Assembly (NCBI GenBank): GCA_963750165.1
Contig: CAVVPN010000003.1
Location: 1,984,001-2,048,000, forward strand
DNA from: an uncultured Gemmataceae bacterium
Lineage (GTDB): Bacteria > Planctomycetota > Planctomycetia > Gemmatales > Gemmataceae
Direction: 5' to 3'
Length of the DNA stretch: 64,000 bases
This document shows, in pieces, positions 50,331 to 60,013 of the stretch; positions within the stretch are counted from its first letter, which is position 1; every line of letters starts with the position of its first letter. Made by a program: the position numbers and the translations under genes. The notes beneath the pieces were generated by a model, which was given only the letters and a program-made list of their open reading frames with translations, was not told where the DNA came from and did no database searches.

Positions 50331-51080
50331 TCATCTCGGTGGGCGTTGAGACTCGAGGACGAGGCACACATCGTGAAGGCGCGGGATGAAGGCTGTCCGA
50401 TAGACCCGACCTGACGAGGTCGCACCGTGGCTGAAGCGGATAATCTCTGGTGCTGCGAGCCAATACCCCTCAGCCACTGCGGCGTTCAGCGTTCGGAAAG
50501 GGAGACCCAGGTAGCGGCCCTCGTGTTTCCCGTCGCCCATCAGAACCGCAAGCTTCCCGCCTTCGGCAAGGACGCCACGACAGTTCCTGAGAACCGAGCG
50601 AAGCTGCGTCACGAATTCCGGAACGCTCCCGGCACTCGACAAGCATCGGCCATCGCCCCCGTTGTACCGGACCATGTTCCAGTAAGGCGGATGAAGCCAG
50701 ATGAAGTCGAACTTGCCGAGGTCCTGGAAGAACTCCGCCCGTGTGGCGTCGAATCCGGATTTCAAGTCTCGTCCCACGTACTCAAGCCCGAGTTCCTTGC
50801 ACACGTCGCGGCAGGTGCCGCCACCCTCCATTGGGTCCAGGACCCGCCGGGCCCTGTAGAAAAGGAGAAGGTCCCTGATGAGGAGCCCCGAGCAGTTCCC
50901 TCGGTAGGCCGGGTCGCCGTAGTCGCCCCGTCCCGGTATCGCGTGGATACTCGTGAGCCAGGGAACGGGGCTTGCCGTCCGCGGGCATTCGGGGAGGGGA
51001 ACGGTTGTGGGTCCGTTGTCAGGCTGATTAATTCTCGACGCGAGTGTCTTTTTGCAATTCTTCGTGTCCATCGTCTTCAA
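50331..51080 (-). CDS. Putative amino-DNA methyltransferase (orphan)
   Basis: LDPMEGGGT SAM-binding motif and FDFIWLHPPY catalytic motif. Confidence 0.75.
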   Translation of the reverse strand: MKTMDTKNCKKTLASRINQPDNGPTTVPLPECPRTASPVPWLTSIHAIPGRGDYGDPAYRGNCSGLLIRDLLLFYRARRVLDPMEGGGTCRDVCKELGLEYVGRDLKSGFDATRAEFFQDLGKFDFIWLHPPYWNMVRYNGGDGRCLSSAGSVPEFVTQLRSVLRNCRGVLAEGGKLAVLMGDGKHEGRYLGLPFRTLNAAVAEGYWLAAPEIIRFSHGATSSGRVYRTAFIPRLHDVCLVLESQRPPR

Positions 51081-51118
51081 AATTAAGGGATGGGCCGGAA
51101 ACCCCGGCCCACCGCGTT

Positions 51119-51712
51119 TTAATATTCGTCCGGGAGCAACACCGTGGTCACGCTCCTGTCTGCCTCGGTCAACACCCAGAACTTTTGACCGCCACTCGTC
51201 CGGTAGGCCGAGAGAAGCCGGTCACCGTCCCGGAGGGCAGCATCGTTTTCTGCCTTGTCCGAATCACATACGTCGCCCCAGTCGCACGCCAGGTGGCGTC
51301 CGAGCGCGTCCTGGATGTCGGCTTGCGACAACGCCTCAAGGGCTCCGGGCGTCGCGACAAGGCGGCCCGCCAGGAACTTGGCCTCAGTCGGCACCTCGAC
51401 AGGTGAGGGAATCGTCCGCACCAGGTCGTCCCACGAAGTGGTGAAGGTCAAGCCGTGGAACGGACTGTCCGGACGGATGAGGGCCGTTAGGGCCGGGCCG
51501 TTGCAGGCGGCATTGTCCAACTCCCCCGCAGTAACGCCGTGCTGCATGACGGCATGCTGAAGAGCCGCATAGTGTCGTTCCGAGTCGATGCCGAAGTCCA
51601 CGACTGCCGCAGGGCTGGGCCAGGAGTCGAGAATGAGCGCTAGATAGAGTTGCTGAGTGACGGGCCGCACCGGCGGCCGGGAGTGTGCGTCTGCTTTCCT
51701 GTCTTTTTTCAT
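51119..51712 (-). CDS. Plasmid-related hypothetical protein
   Basis: C-terminal GRLVATPGA...RHLACDWGD...LLSAY...TEADRSVTTVLLPDEY. Confidence 0.75.
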   Translation of the reverse strand: MKKDRKADAHSRPPVRPVTQQLYLALILDSWPSPAAVVDFGIDSERHYAALQHAVMQHGVTAGELDNAACNGPALTALIRPDSPFHGLTFTTSWDDLVRTIPSPVEVPTEAKFLAGRLVATPGALEALSQADIQDALGRHLACDWGDVCDSDKAENDAALRDGDRLLSAYRTSGGQKFWVLTEADRSVTTVLLPDEY

Positions 51713-52144
51713 GGTGTTTCCTCCGTGTTGTTGCGTGTCACGACTATCCGCGCCGGATGTTACGCCTTTTAGAGCCCGCACCCGCGCTGATGAATCATCC
51801 TTCCGTTGGCCCCGCCTCCAGAAAACCGCTTTTTCGGCGGAAGGTGGGCTTTTTTTGCTGTTCGTCACTTCTGACAGCAAAAAAAGCCCACCTTCTGACG
51901 AAGAACGGCGAAGCCGAAAAGATAAGGCCGGGCGAAGCCCGACCTTGTAGATGCCGCCGGATCGCGACGGAGGCGAAAAGCACGGGACATGACGGGCGGC
52001 TTTTTGCCCGGCGTGGCCCGTGCGGGCCGGAGGAGGGCCGCCGGCCGGTAAGTGGTCAGGCGAAGCCTGACGATTGGGTCCCGTCGCAGCATTCGCTCCG
52101 GGGACGTCACCTGGCGTTACTTGGTCCCTCCCGCTTGCGCCGTG

Positions 52145-52327
52145 TGTCAGAAGCGGTTTGAAAGTATACCACTTTCGCGGAGCCAGTTGAGCCACCCTCG
52201 GAGAGGGTGTGGTCGCCGTAAGTCCAAGTACGGGTTCCTCTTCTCTGTTGCCGGTCGCTGGAAAAGGGCCTGCGGGGTGGCTCACTTCTGGCCGCGAAAA
52301 TGGTACACTTTCTGGCCGCGATTGACA
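52145..52327. mobile_element. 183 bp non-autonomous IS21-like MITE
   Basis: TGTCA...TGACA ends, subterminal inverted repeats, flanking 6 bp direct repeat GCCGTG. Confidence 0.8.
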
Positions 52328-52679
52328 GCCGTGACGGCGGCACGTGTAGAATCCTTCCGTTCCTTGCAAACTTCCTTCGGTTTCACCCCACTCCATCGAG
52401 CCAATGGAGGGCCGACGGAGTGGGGCCTTTTCCTCTCTGAAGGTGGAGGCCACGGCCAGTGGCTCAGGCTTGTTTCAGATCCGTCCACCATTCACGCTTT
52501 TCCTCCCGGACCAGAGTCACGAGGGTTGACGCGGAGCAGCAGAGCGTGCCAGAGTCTCCCGAACATTTCCAATTTGGGTAGAAGGGCCTTCTTCCACCTC
52601 CCAACCGACCATTGGGAGGTGGGCGATAGCACGAAGGTTTTTTGTGCCCCGCCTCTCCTGTCTTCTGGGGAGAGCATTC

Positions 52680-53429
52680 ATGGCTACGGCCAGTCTGGTC
52701 CTCCACCGCGGGGCGCGCCCCGTCAACGTGGAGGAACTGCAGGAGTTCCGGGCCCCGCCGCCCGAAGGGCGCTGGTTCCCGGTCTGTCATTCCCGTGTCG
52801 TGGAGACCGTGAAATCCACGCTCCGGGAAGCCGGCTACGAGATCCGCAAGGAGCAGTATGGCGTGATGCGGGACGGCGGCCGTTTCTTCGGCACGCTCGA
52901 TCTCGGCACGCCCATCGCGTCTGGCGTTACGCTCGCGGTCGGCATCCGCAACTCTGTGGACAAGTCGTTCCCGCTGGGCTTCTGTGCCGGCAACCGCGTG
53001 TTCGTGTGCGACAACCTCGCCTTCCGGTCGGAACTTCTCGTCCGGAAGAAGCACACGCTCAACGGCGAGCGGAACTTCGTGAAGTCGATTGCCGGTGCGG
53101 TCACGTCGCTCACGAGTTTCAAAGAGCAGGAGGCGGACCGTATCCGGCGCTTCATGCGTCTTGAACTCTCGCCCGAACTCGCGGACGCGCTCATCCTGCG
53201 TGCCTACGAGAAAGGCATCGTGGGGGCGCATCAGCTGGCCCGGGTCATTCACGAGTGGCGGAATCCCGCCTACGAGGAATTCCGGGAGCGGAACGTCTGG
53301 AGCCTCTTCAACGCCTTCACTTCGGCACTTCGGGACAGGTCGGTCGAGCAGCCGCACGCTTTCGCGGTCCAGACCATGCAACTCAACGGCCTGCTCGACT
53401 TTCGCCCGGAATTGGCTGTCTCAGCGTAA
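52680..53429 (+). CDS. DUF932-like protein
   Basis: PVCH, GIRNSVDKS, VFVCDNLAF, KKHT, WSLFNAFT. Confidence 0.8.
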   Translation: MATASLVLHRGARPVNVEELQEFRAPPPEGRWFPVCHSRVVETVKSTLREAGYEIRKEQYGVMRDGGRFFGTLDLGTPIASGVTLAVGIRNSVDKSFPLGFCAGNRVFVCDNLAFRSELLVRKKHTLNGERNFVKSIAGAVTSLTSFKEQEADRIRRFMRLELSPELADALILRAYEKGIVGAHQLARVIHEWRNPAYEEFRERNVWSLFNAFTSALRDRSVEQPHAFAVQTMQLNGLLDFRPELAVSA

Positions 53430-53573
53430 GTTCACGCGGGAAGAGGGCCGGCGCGGCGTTCTTCCGGCACATCCGAAGTCACCACCGCGAAAGTCACAAC
53501 CGTGGATGAAGACCATCTCTGTGGTTGCATGTTGAACCGAACCCATTACTCACAAGAAAGGCAGGTATCGGAC

Positions 53574-53912
53574 ATGGCAAAGAAAGACGGCCCGCCCGCC
53601 GGGCCAAAGCCGGAACGGCAGCGGCCGGCACACGAATGCCGCATCGGGCGCATCCGCGCGACGATCTGGGCAAACCAGCACGAGACGCAAGGCACCTGGT
53701 ACAGCATCACCCTCTCCCGGTCGTACAAGACCGGTGAGGGACAGTGGAAGTCAGCATCGAGCTTCGGCCGCGATGACCTTCTGGTTGTCGGGGAAGTCAC
53801 CCGCATGGCCTTCCACTGGATCCAGCGACAATACCAGGAGAAAAACAACGGGGCTGGACAAAAGGAGCCGGGAGAAGAAGCTCCTTCGGACGAAATGGAC
53901 ATCCCCTTCTGA
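53574..53912 (+). CDS. Putative ssDNA-binding protein with SSB-like acidic tail
   Basis: RIGRIRATIW...SRSYK..WKSASSFGRDDL; ends in EMDIPF. Confidence 0.7.
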   Translation: MAKKDGPPAGPKPERQRPAHECRIGRIRATIWANQHETQGTWYSITLSRSYKTGEGQWKSASSFGRDDLLVVGEVTRMAFHWIQRQYQEKNNGAGQKEPGEEAPSDEMDIPF

Positions 53913-53971
53913 TCTGTGATTGCGGGAACCTGGGCAGGGAAGCCCTGGTTTTCTTCGCCGCCAGAAAGGGG

Positions 53972-54418
53972 GTGTTCGTGAAAACTGTCACAAGTTGGGA
54001 CCAGCTTCGCCCGTTCGGCATCGACGTGCTGACCGGCGAAGCGTGCGGGCTCGGCTACCGGCTTCTTTGTGACCTGACCGCCAAGGGAAAGGTCATCGTC
54101 GAGAAGTGCCTGGGCATGCCGGACTTGCCGCTCTACGAGCAGTGGAACAGCGGGAGCAAGGAGGAGCCGCACGTCGGGTGCATCATGCTCGTTCCCGAGA
54201 TGTTCACGCCGCTGGCGGTCTTCGCCGTTCTCGAATCCGGCTACAAAGAATGCTGGGTAACCAAGAACGGGAGCGTTTACGCCATCGACCCGGACGATCC
54301 GCAGGACGCCATCGAAGCGGTTCGCACTTGGCTCGGCGTTGAGTCCATGCGGCGGTTCTCCTACCGGGGAACTGCTCGCGACCGGAACGTTCACGTCATG
54401 TCAGGAAGGACGCAGTGA
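53972..54418 (+). CDS. Hypothetical protein
   Basis: LTGEACGLGYRLLCDL...RNVHVMSGR; operon orientation. Confidence 0.6.
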   Translation: MFVKTVTSWDQLRPFGIDVLTGEACGLGYRLLCDLTAKGKVIVEKCLGMPDLPLYEQWNSGSKEEPHVGCIMLVPEMFTPLAVFAVLESGYKECWVTKNGSVYAIDPDDPQDAIEAVRTWLGVESMRRFSYRGTARDRNVHVMSGRTQ

Positions 54419-54676
54419 CAGACCGGGCGACCTCGCGAGGGAATGTCCTGGGCTAACCGCGGCTGACGCAGCCCAGGGGTTCGGCACGGTGTCTTCGGAC
54501 ACGACCTCACCCGAGCGCGAACCAGCCGCAAGCGAGGCGCCCGTCCTTCTTCGGAGAGGTTTTTGCAAAGGATTCTGCATCGCTCCACCTCTCCACTCAT
54601 TTGACTACAGGTCGGCCGCGGTGCATTCTGTCAGTTTAACGCCTGGTCATCTTCCAACCCATTTCCCAAATACTCT

Positions 54677-55189
54677 ATGTCGCTAGCCGGCAGCATCCTT
54701 GTCTGTGCAGGTCTCGGATCGCTCACCGGTCTTGCGGTCCGGCTTCTCTGGCTGTGGCGATTACGACGCAAGTTTCGGGAGCCGGTTCCCGACGTGTTTC
54801 CCTACCGGCCGCGCTGCGCCCTCCTCAGCCCTACGGAACTCGACTTCTACAAAGCTCTCGAACGCAGCCTGGGAGGGCGCTACACCGTCTGCATGAAGGT
54901 ACGGCTGGCGGACGTGATCGATTGCCCCAGGGCGGCCTGGAGCATGGGCTACGGCCGGTTGATCGCGCAGAAACACCTCGACTTCGTTCTCATCGACCCG
55001 GCGACCACTCGGATCCGGGCTGCAATCGAATTGGATGATCGCTCGCACAGGCTTCAGGTTCGCCGGGCCAGGGACCGGTTCGTCGAGGCGGCCATGCACG
55101 CCGCCGGCGTCCCCTTAGTTCGCCTGCCGGCCGCGAGCGCGTACCGGCCGCACGAAGTCTGGCGGACGGTCAAGAAAGCGCTGGGGTAG
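54677..55189 (+). CDS. DUF2726 (PD-(D/E)xK-like) protein with N-terminal TM
   Basis: LLSPTELDFY, KVRLAD, KHLDFV, IELDDRSH, RDRF. Confidence 0.85.
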   Translation: MSLAGSILVCAGLGSLTGLAVRLLWLWRLRRKFREPVPDVFPYRPRCALLSPTELDFYKALERSLGGRYTVCMKVRLADVIDCPRAAWSMGYGRLIAQKHLDFVLIDPATTRIRAAIELDDRSHRLQVRRARDRFVEAAMHAAGVPLVRLPAASAYRPHEVWRTVKKALG

Positions 55190-55248
55190 GGTCCCGGCGG
55201 CGACGACCCACTTGTTTTGCGTGCGGGTTATCGCATAAAGTACGCTCG

Positions 55249-56166
55249 ATGAAGAAAAACAGCCGCACACCCGAAACCCGCTCCGTCCTCTTCAGCTTCA
55301 AGTTCGTCAGCATCGCCCTTGTCGGCTCGCTGACGATGGCGCTGGTCTCCACCTTCGCGCCCGTGCCGGCGCAGGTGGCGGTCCTCGGCGCCTGCGTGAG
55401 CATTCTCGCCGGGCTCTTCGTGGCCTACGCGGAACAAGAAGAGGCCCGCGAGCGCCGGCGGGCGGAACTGCTCGAACGGCTCCGCATTCCACTGGCGCTG
55501 GCGCGCGAGCACGATCTCTTCGACCAGTATTGCGTCATCGCCGAGGCGCTTGCCGACCTCGCCGGCCAGCCGGACGCCGTCCTCCGCCAGTTCGCGCTGC
55601 TCAAGCTGTCGTCCATCGCCGGCCAGGTCGAATCGCTCGCCCAGGGGACGGTGGTTTTCTCAAGCACGGAAACGTGGCGTACCGTCTACGAGCAGCTCCT
55701 GGAATGCGACCTGTCGCTCTATCAGTCAGTCGCATGGGTCAAGACGAAGGACTACTGGCAGGACCGGCCCGGTTGGCAGAGCATGCGCCTGAATTTCGAC
55801 CTCGTTCGGCGGGGGCTGCGCATCGAGCGGGTCGTGATCCTCCGCAACCACCTCTGGCCCGTCGGCGAACGATTGCCAACGGACGAAGTTTGCCCGTGGA
55901 TTCAGGAGCAGCACGACCACGGCATCTGGATTCTCCTCGTTCGCGAGTCCGACATCGCCAGCGAACCCGATTTACTTGCCGACTTTGGAATTTACGGCGA
56001 GAGAGCGACTGGCCTACAGGAGCTCGATGACCAGTCGCGAACCCTTCGCTTCATCCTCCACTTCGACCCCCAAAACGTTCGGCTGGCGCGCGACCGCTGG
56101 ACCCGGCTGCTGCTGTACACCACGTCATTCGCAGGTCTACTGGATCAAACAAATCTCAATGGATAA
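55249..56166 (+). CDS. Two-TM protein with C-terminal PLD-like (DUF6879-like) domain
   Basis: Two N-terminal TM helices, coiled coil, RGLRIERVVIL, DFGIYG; fold is inferred. Confidence 0.6.
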   Translation: MKKNSRTPETRSVLFSFKFVSIALVGSLTMALVSTFAPVPAQVAVLGACVSILAGLFVAYAEQEEARERRRAELLERLRIPLALAREHDLFDQYCVIAEALADLAGQPDAVLRQFALLKLSSIAGQVESLAQGTVVFSSTETWRTVYEQLLECDLSLYQSVAWVKTKDYWQDRPGWQSMRLNFDLVRRGLRIERVVILRNHLWPVGERLPTDEVCPWIQEQHDHGIWILLVRESDIASEPDLLADFGIYGERATGLQELDDQSRTLRFILHFDPQNVRLARDRWTRLLLYTTSFAGLLDQTNLNG

Positions 56167-56213
56167 GATCGGATCAGCTGCAAGGCGCCCGTGTCCCCGT
56201 GCCCGGAACCGCG

Positions 56214-57428
56214 ATGCCGACCGACCTTTACCTGGATACCGCCCGGTTCGGACTGATGGTCCCCGCCACCCAGCGGGCTCAGGTCGATTTCGCGCGCGTC
56301 TGCGGGGAGGAAGGCGGCTCGGCCCACATCGACGAGCTGCTGCGTGGTGGGTCTGAAGCGTGGCCGGTGAGCATGCGCCAGCGCTATCCGGGGTTGGCCG
56401 ACTGGCACGGCACCGCACGGCTCAAAGAACTGCTCGCTCGCCTGGCCGGCGCGCCGCCACGGACCCCCATGCTGCTGGCCAACCGCTCGGCCGAGCTGAT
56501 GAAGCTCGCCGCGCGAGCCCTGTTCCGCCGTTGTGGATCTGTCCTCCACACCGACCTGGAATGGCCCGGCTTCCTGGCAATCCTGGACGCCGAACGCCGC
56601 CGTGCTCGGGGCCGTCTGGTTGTATTCCCGGCCCGCGAGGCATGCTTCCGTCGGGGGCTGCAAGCCGCAGAATTCGTGAGGGCGCTCGCCACCCAGTATC
56701 GGCGTGAGCAGTGCGAGGGCCTTTTTCTGAGCGCGGTCAGCTTCGAGGGACTCCGGCTACCCATTGGGGAAGTCATCGCCTCGCTCTCCGACGTGCGGCC
56801 GCCGCGGTTTGTCGTGGTGGACGGCGCCCAGGCCCTGGCCCACGTGCCGGGAGACATTCCCGCCTGCGACGTGTACCTGGCCGGCTGCCACAAGTGGTTG
56901 GCCGCCGGTCATCCCATGGGACTGGCTTTCCACCCCCGGCAAAACTCCCAGGACTTTCTGCGGACTCTCGCCGACGAGATGGTGGCGGACGGCGACCTGG
57001 ACGACCCGCTTCTCCTCTTCACCGCGCAACTGGAAAACCGTTGCCTGAAACCTTTCTCCGAGACCGTTAGCCTCGCCGGTTTGTTCTCCAGCGCTGCCGC
57101 GGCGGCCGACCTGGCGGACCCGCTTGGGCCTGCTGCCTGTTTTCCAGCTCGCCTCGAGAACGCCGACCTGCTGGCGGAAGCAGCCCGGCCGAGTGGCTGG
57201 GAGCCAGTCATTCCCGACGCCCCCTTGCGGTGCGGGATCCTTCTGCTCCAGGGCCGCGATCCCCACGTCCAGGCGGCACCGGCGGAAGAACTTCGGGCAG
57301 GCTTTCAGCAGCACGGGGTCGCGGTCACGACGTACCCGGCCGGAATCGCCCGAGTCTCCCTTCCGCCCCGGCCGTGGAAAGGAAAGGAACTGGACCGGCT
57401 GCGGTCCGTCCTGCAAGCCTGCGCCTGA
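56214..57428 (+). CDS. PLP-dependent class V aminotransferase-like protein
   Basis: YLDTA, VVDGAQA and GCHKWL motifs. Confidence 0.75.
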   Translation: MPTDLYLDTARFGLMVPATQRAQVDFARVCGEEGGSAHIDELLRGGSEAWPVSMRQRYPGLADWHGTARLKELLARLAGAPPRTPMLLANRSAELMKLAARALFRRCGSVLHTDLEWPGFLAILDAERRRARGRLVVFPAREACFRRGLQAAEFVRALATQYRREQCEGLFLSAVSFEGLRLPIGEVIASLSDVRPPRFVVVDGAQALAHVPGDIPACDVYLAGCHKWLAAGHPMGLAFHPRQNSQDFLRTLADEMVADGDLDDPLLLFTAQLENRCLKPFSETVSLAGLFSSAAAAADLADPLGPAACFPARLENADLLAEAARPSGWEPVIPDAPLRCGILLLQGRDPHVQAAPAEELRAGFQQHGVAVTTYPAGIARVSLPPRPWKGKELDRLRSVLQACA

Positions 57429-57701
57429 TCACGGCTCATTCGTTGGCGGAATGCGAGCCTCACGCCTGGCGCGGAGGGCCAGAACGTTTTTCAACGCGAG
57501 TTGCCGGGCTTCTTCCGACACTACCGGCAGCGCCCTGTCCGCGGCCGCCCGGGCCGCCTCCGCGAGTCTTCTTTCATCGTCGCGGATGATCAGGAGCGCG
57601 ACGTACGTCGCGAGATCCGTGTGTTCGGCCGCGGCCCCTGCTCTCGCCATTTCTTCCACGAACTCTGGTAAATCGAAAGTCATCGTTACCCTCCAAGCCA
57701 T
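57429..57701 (-). CDS. Hypothetical protein
   Basis: Fills the gap downstream of the DUF218 gene. Confidence 0.4.
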   Translation of the reverse strand: MAWRVTMTFDLPEFVEEMARAGAAAEHTDLATYVALLIIRDDERRLAEAARAAADRALPVVSEEARQLALKNVLALRARREARIPPTNEP

Positions 57702-57722
57702 CTCCCGGAAACAATGAGGGGC

Positions 57723-58283
57723 CTAACCTTGCCGTCGCCTCAGTGCACGTACAACCTCGCTGTAAAGTGCCAGTTCGGTGGCGACGCATGTCCGGCCCTC
57801 GGCCGACTGTTGCCAGCTATCGGCGCTGACACCGTCTTCGTGCGGACAGGCCAGGAGGCAGACACCCGCCGGGAAGATGGCCCGCGCGAGCAGCCGGGCC
57901 CGGCCCATGTGGTATCCGCACGAGACCAGGATGACCGTCGAGAGCGATTCCAAAAGGTCACGTTCGCGGAGCAACGCGAGAGACCGCGTAACATTCTCCA
58001 TCGTCGTCCGCGCCAGGGGTTCTACAAGGACACCTTCCGGACGGACGCCGGCCTCGACAGCAACTGCGGCCATCAACTTCGCCTCCGCAGGGCCGCCGGG
58101 CGCCGTGACCCCGCCGGTCACGAGGAGCCGGGGGACGAACCTCTCGGTGTAGAGGCGAGCCGCTTGCCTCACCCGCCGGGCTGACGTATCCGGGTCGTGG
58201 TGACCGAAGACCAGCGCAAGGTCCGCCCGTTCCGGTTCGTCCCGCACGAACAGCCAACGGGCGACTTCTTCCACTTGCTTCAC
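57723..58283 (-). CDS. YdcF/DUF218 family protein
   Basis: LVTGG, AEA, EPLARTTMEN, YHMGRA. Confidence 0.85.
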   Translation of the reverse strand: MKQVEEVARWLFVRDEPERADLALVFGHHDPDTSARRVRQAARLYTERFVPRLLVTGGVTAPGGPAEAKLMAAVAVEAGVRPEGVLVEPLARTTMENVTRSLALLRERDLLESLSTVILVSCGYHMGRARLLARAIFPAGVCLLACPHEDGVSADSWQQSAEGRTCVATELALYSEVVRALRRRQG

Positions 58284-58399
58284 GGCGAAGCCTCCACGCG
58301 TGCGACGTTTTCTCTTCCCCCGGAAGAGCCTGTCCTGAAAGAATAGCGAGTATGTAGCCCCGGCCAGGGAGCCCGAGAAAAAAGGAAAAAGAAAGCTAG

Positions 58400-58708
58400 C
58401 TAGAACGGAAGCCCGGTGCGCACGTCATGCACGACGCGCAGGATGGAACGCACACGGTCTTCATGCGCTTCCATCTCACGCTCGATCACGTACGGGTACA
58501 GATCGGGATGATGCGAACCTTCCAGTTCCTTGATGCGCCGGCGGGCGGTCCGCAGCGATTCGGCGATGAGGAACTTCTCGGTCCGGTCCAACTCCGCTTT
58601 CGTTTCAAGATTCGGATCGAGACTCGCCCCCAGGTCCCAGACCGAATACTCAGGTTGATGAAAACCGTTGTTCATCATCGCCTTCCTCCCCAGCAACAAG
58701 TCGCTCAC
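58400..58708 (-). CDS. Hypothetical protein
   Basis: Plausible helical ORF. Confidence 0.45.
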   Translation of the reverse strand: MSDLLLGRKAMMNNGFHQPEYSVWDLGASLDPNLETKAELDRTEKFLIAESLRTARRRIKELEGSHHPDLYPYVIEREMEAHEDRVRSILRVVHDVRTGLPF

Positions 58709-58949
58709 GGCCTGTCTCGCTGCTCAAGACAATGCGCACAGGGTTGAACCCGGACAGAACGTGCGACCCAACCCTCAAAATACGATCGCGCTCCGTCTCT
58801 TGTCGATGCCCGTTGGCCTACTTTCCACAAAAAGTTCAGGCTCGCGTGCGGCTCCCTCTTGGAGCACACGACATCTTTATGAAGGAGGGTAAGCGTCAGC
58901 CGGGAGGGCCGGAATTCCCTTGCCCAATGCCGTTTTGAAAATAATTGAG

Positions 58950-59140
58950 GGCATTGAGGCGCGCTCACTCCTGGACACCATCGACGGGTGCGGCATCTCG
59001 GGCTTGCGCGACAGGGCTTTTATCGGTCAAATGGTCTACTCGTTCGCCTTTGCCAGAGCAGCCGTCGGAATGAACGTGGAGGGCTACTTTCAGCAAGGAA
59101 AGCGGTGGTGGCTCCATCTGCATGAGAAGGACGGCCGAAA
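58950..59140 (+). pseudogene. Tyrosine recombinase internal fragment
   Basis: EARSLLDTID..GLRDRAFIGQMVYSFA...GKRWWLHLHEKDG; no catalytic C-terminus. Confidence 0.75.
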
Positions 59141-59150
59141 AGGGCCACGC

Positions 59151-59438
59151 CTACTCGGATTTGTTCATGCCGAGCGGACTCTCCTCGAATGGGATGGAGT
59201 CGTAAAGCTCGTAGACCAGAATGGGATTCCCTTCGGCATCGTGGGTGTGGGTCACATCCACCTCACCCGATTCAGTCGGGACGATATACATATCGTTGTC
59301 GGGATCGACGACAAAGAACAGTTTGCCGCCTTCCCAATACCACTGTTTTAGTTCGTGTTTCTGGATGGAAACACCTCGATCACCGAACCAGTTCAAAACC
59401 TGCTGCTTGGTCCAGCCAGATTTCGGTGTTCTCGGCAT
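59151..59438 (-). CDS. Hypothetical protein
   Basis: MPRTPKSGWTKQQVLNW...; AGAGGG upstream. Confidence 0.5.
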   Translation of the reverse strand: MPRTPKSGWTKQQVLNWFGDRGVSIQKHELKQWYWEGGKLFFVVDPDNDMYIVPTESGEVDVTHTHDAEGNPILVYELYDSIPFEESPLGMNKSE

Positions 59439-59632
59439 TTTGAAGCCCTCTAGGTGATACGGGTTCGTTTGCTTGTACTGCAACGGACGCACGTGGCCAG
59501 CACCGCGCATGCCCCACAACCACACCGTTTCTTCCAGGGGGCGCTTACGACGAGAGCAACAGGCTACGATTGGGGCCCTCGCACTGTCTGGTATTGGAGC
59601 CATGCCGAGTCAGCAGATCGATGCCCCTTAAG

Positions 59633-59893
59633 TTACGGGTCGATCCTCGCCAAAGCCCATCGGACCACGTCCCGAATGTAGGGACTTTCATCATTGCACA
59701 GGGCCTTCAGTGCTGGAATAGCTTCCACTGCAGGGCGGCCGATGTATCCCAAACCGCGAACCGCCTTCTTGCGAATCCGCGGGTTACTGTCGTGCAGCCC
59801 GGCCAGATAATTCTGAACCAACCTTTGTTGAAGCGTCTGGATTCCCATGGCAAGTTCGTCGTTCGGGGTCGATGTAAAATGAGTCCGTTTCAT
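59633..59893 (-). CDS. Small HEAT-repeat protein
   Basis: LHDSNPRIRKKAVRGLG...NDESPYIRDVVRWALARI. Confidence 0.7.
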   Translation of the reverse strand: MKRTHFTSTPNDELAMGIQTLQQRLVQNYLAGLHDSNPRIRKKAVRGLGYIGRPAVEAIPALKALCNDESPYIRDVVRWALARIDP

Positions 59894-60013
59894 AGGGGAA
59901 CCTTATCATGCTGCCTCGGGGGACAAAAGGCTGTTAAGAGGATCCGTAAAAACTCTATTGCATTCCACCTCAGCCCACTCTAATCCAATCCACACGAAAA
60001 CAAGGAGGCGACA

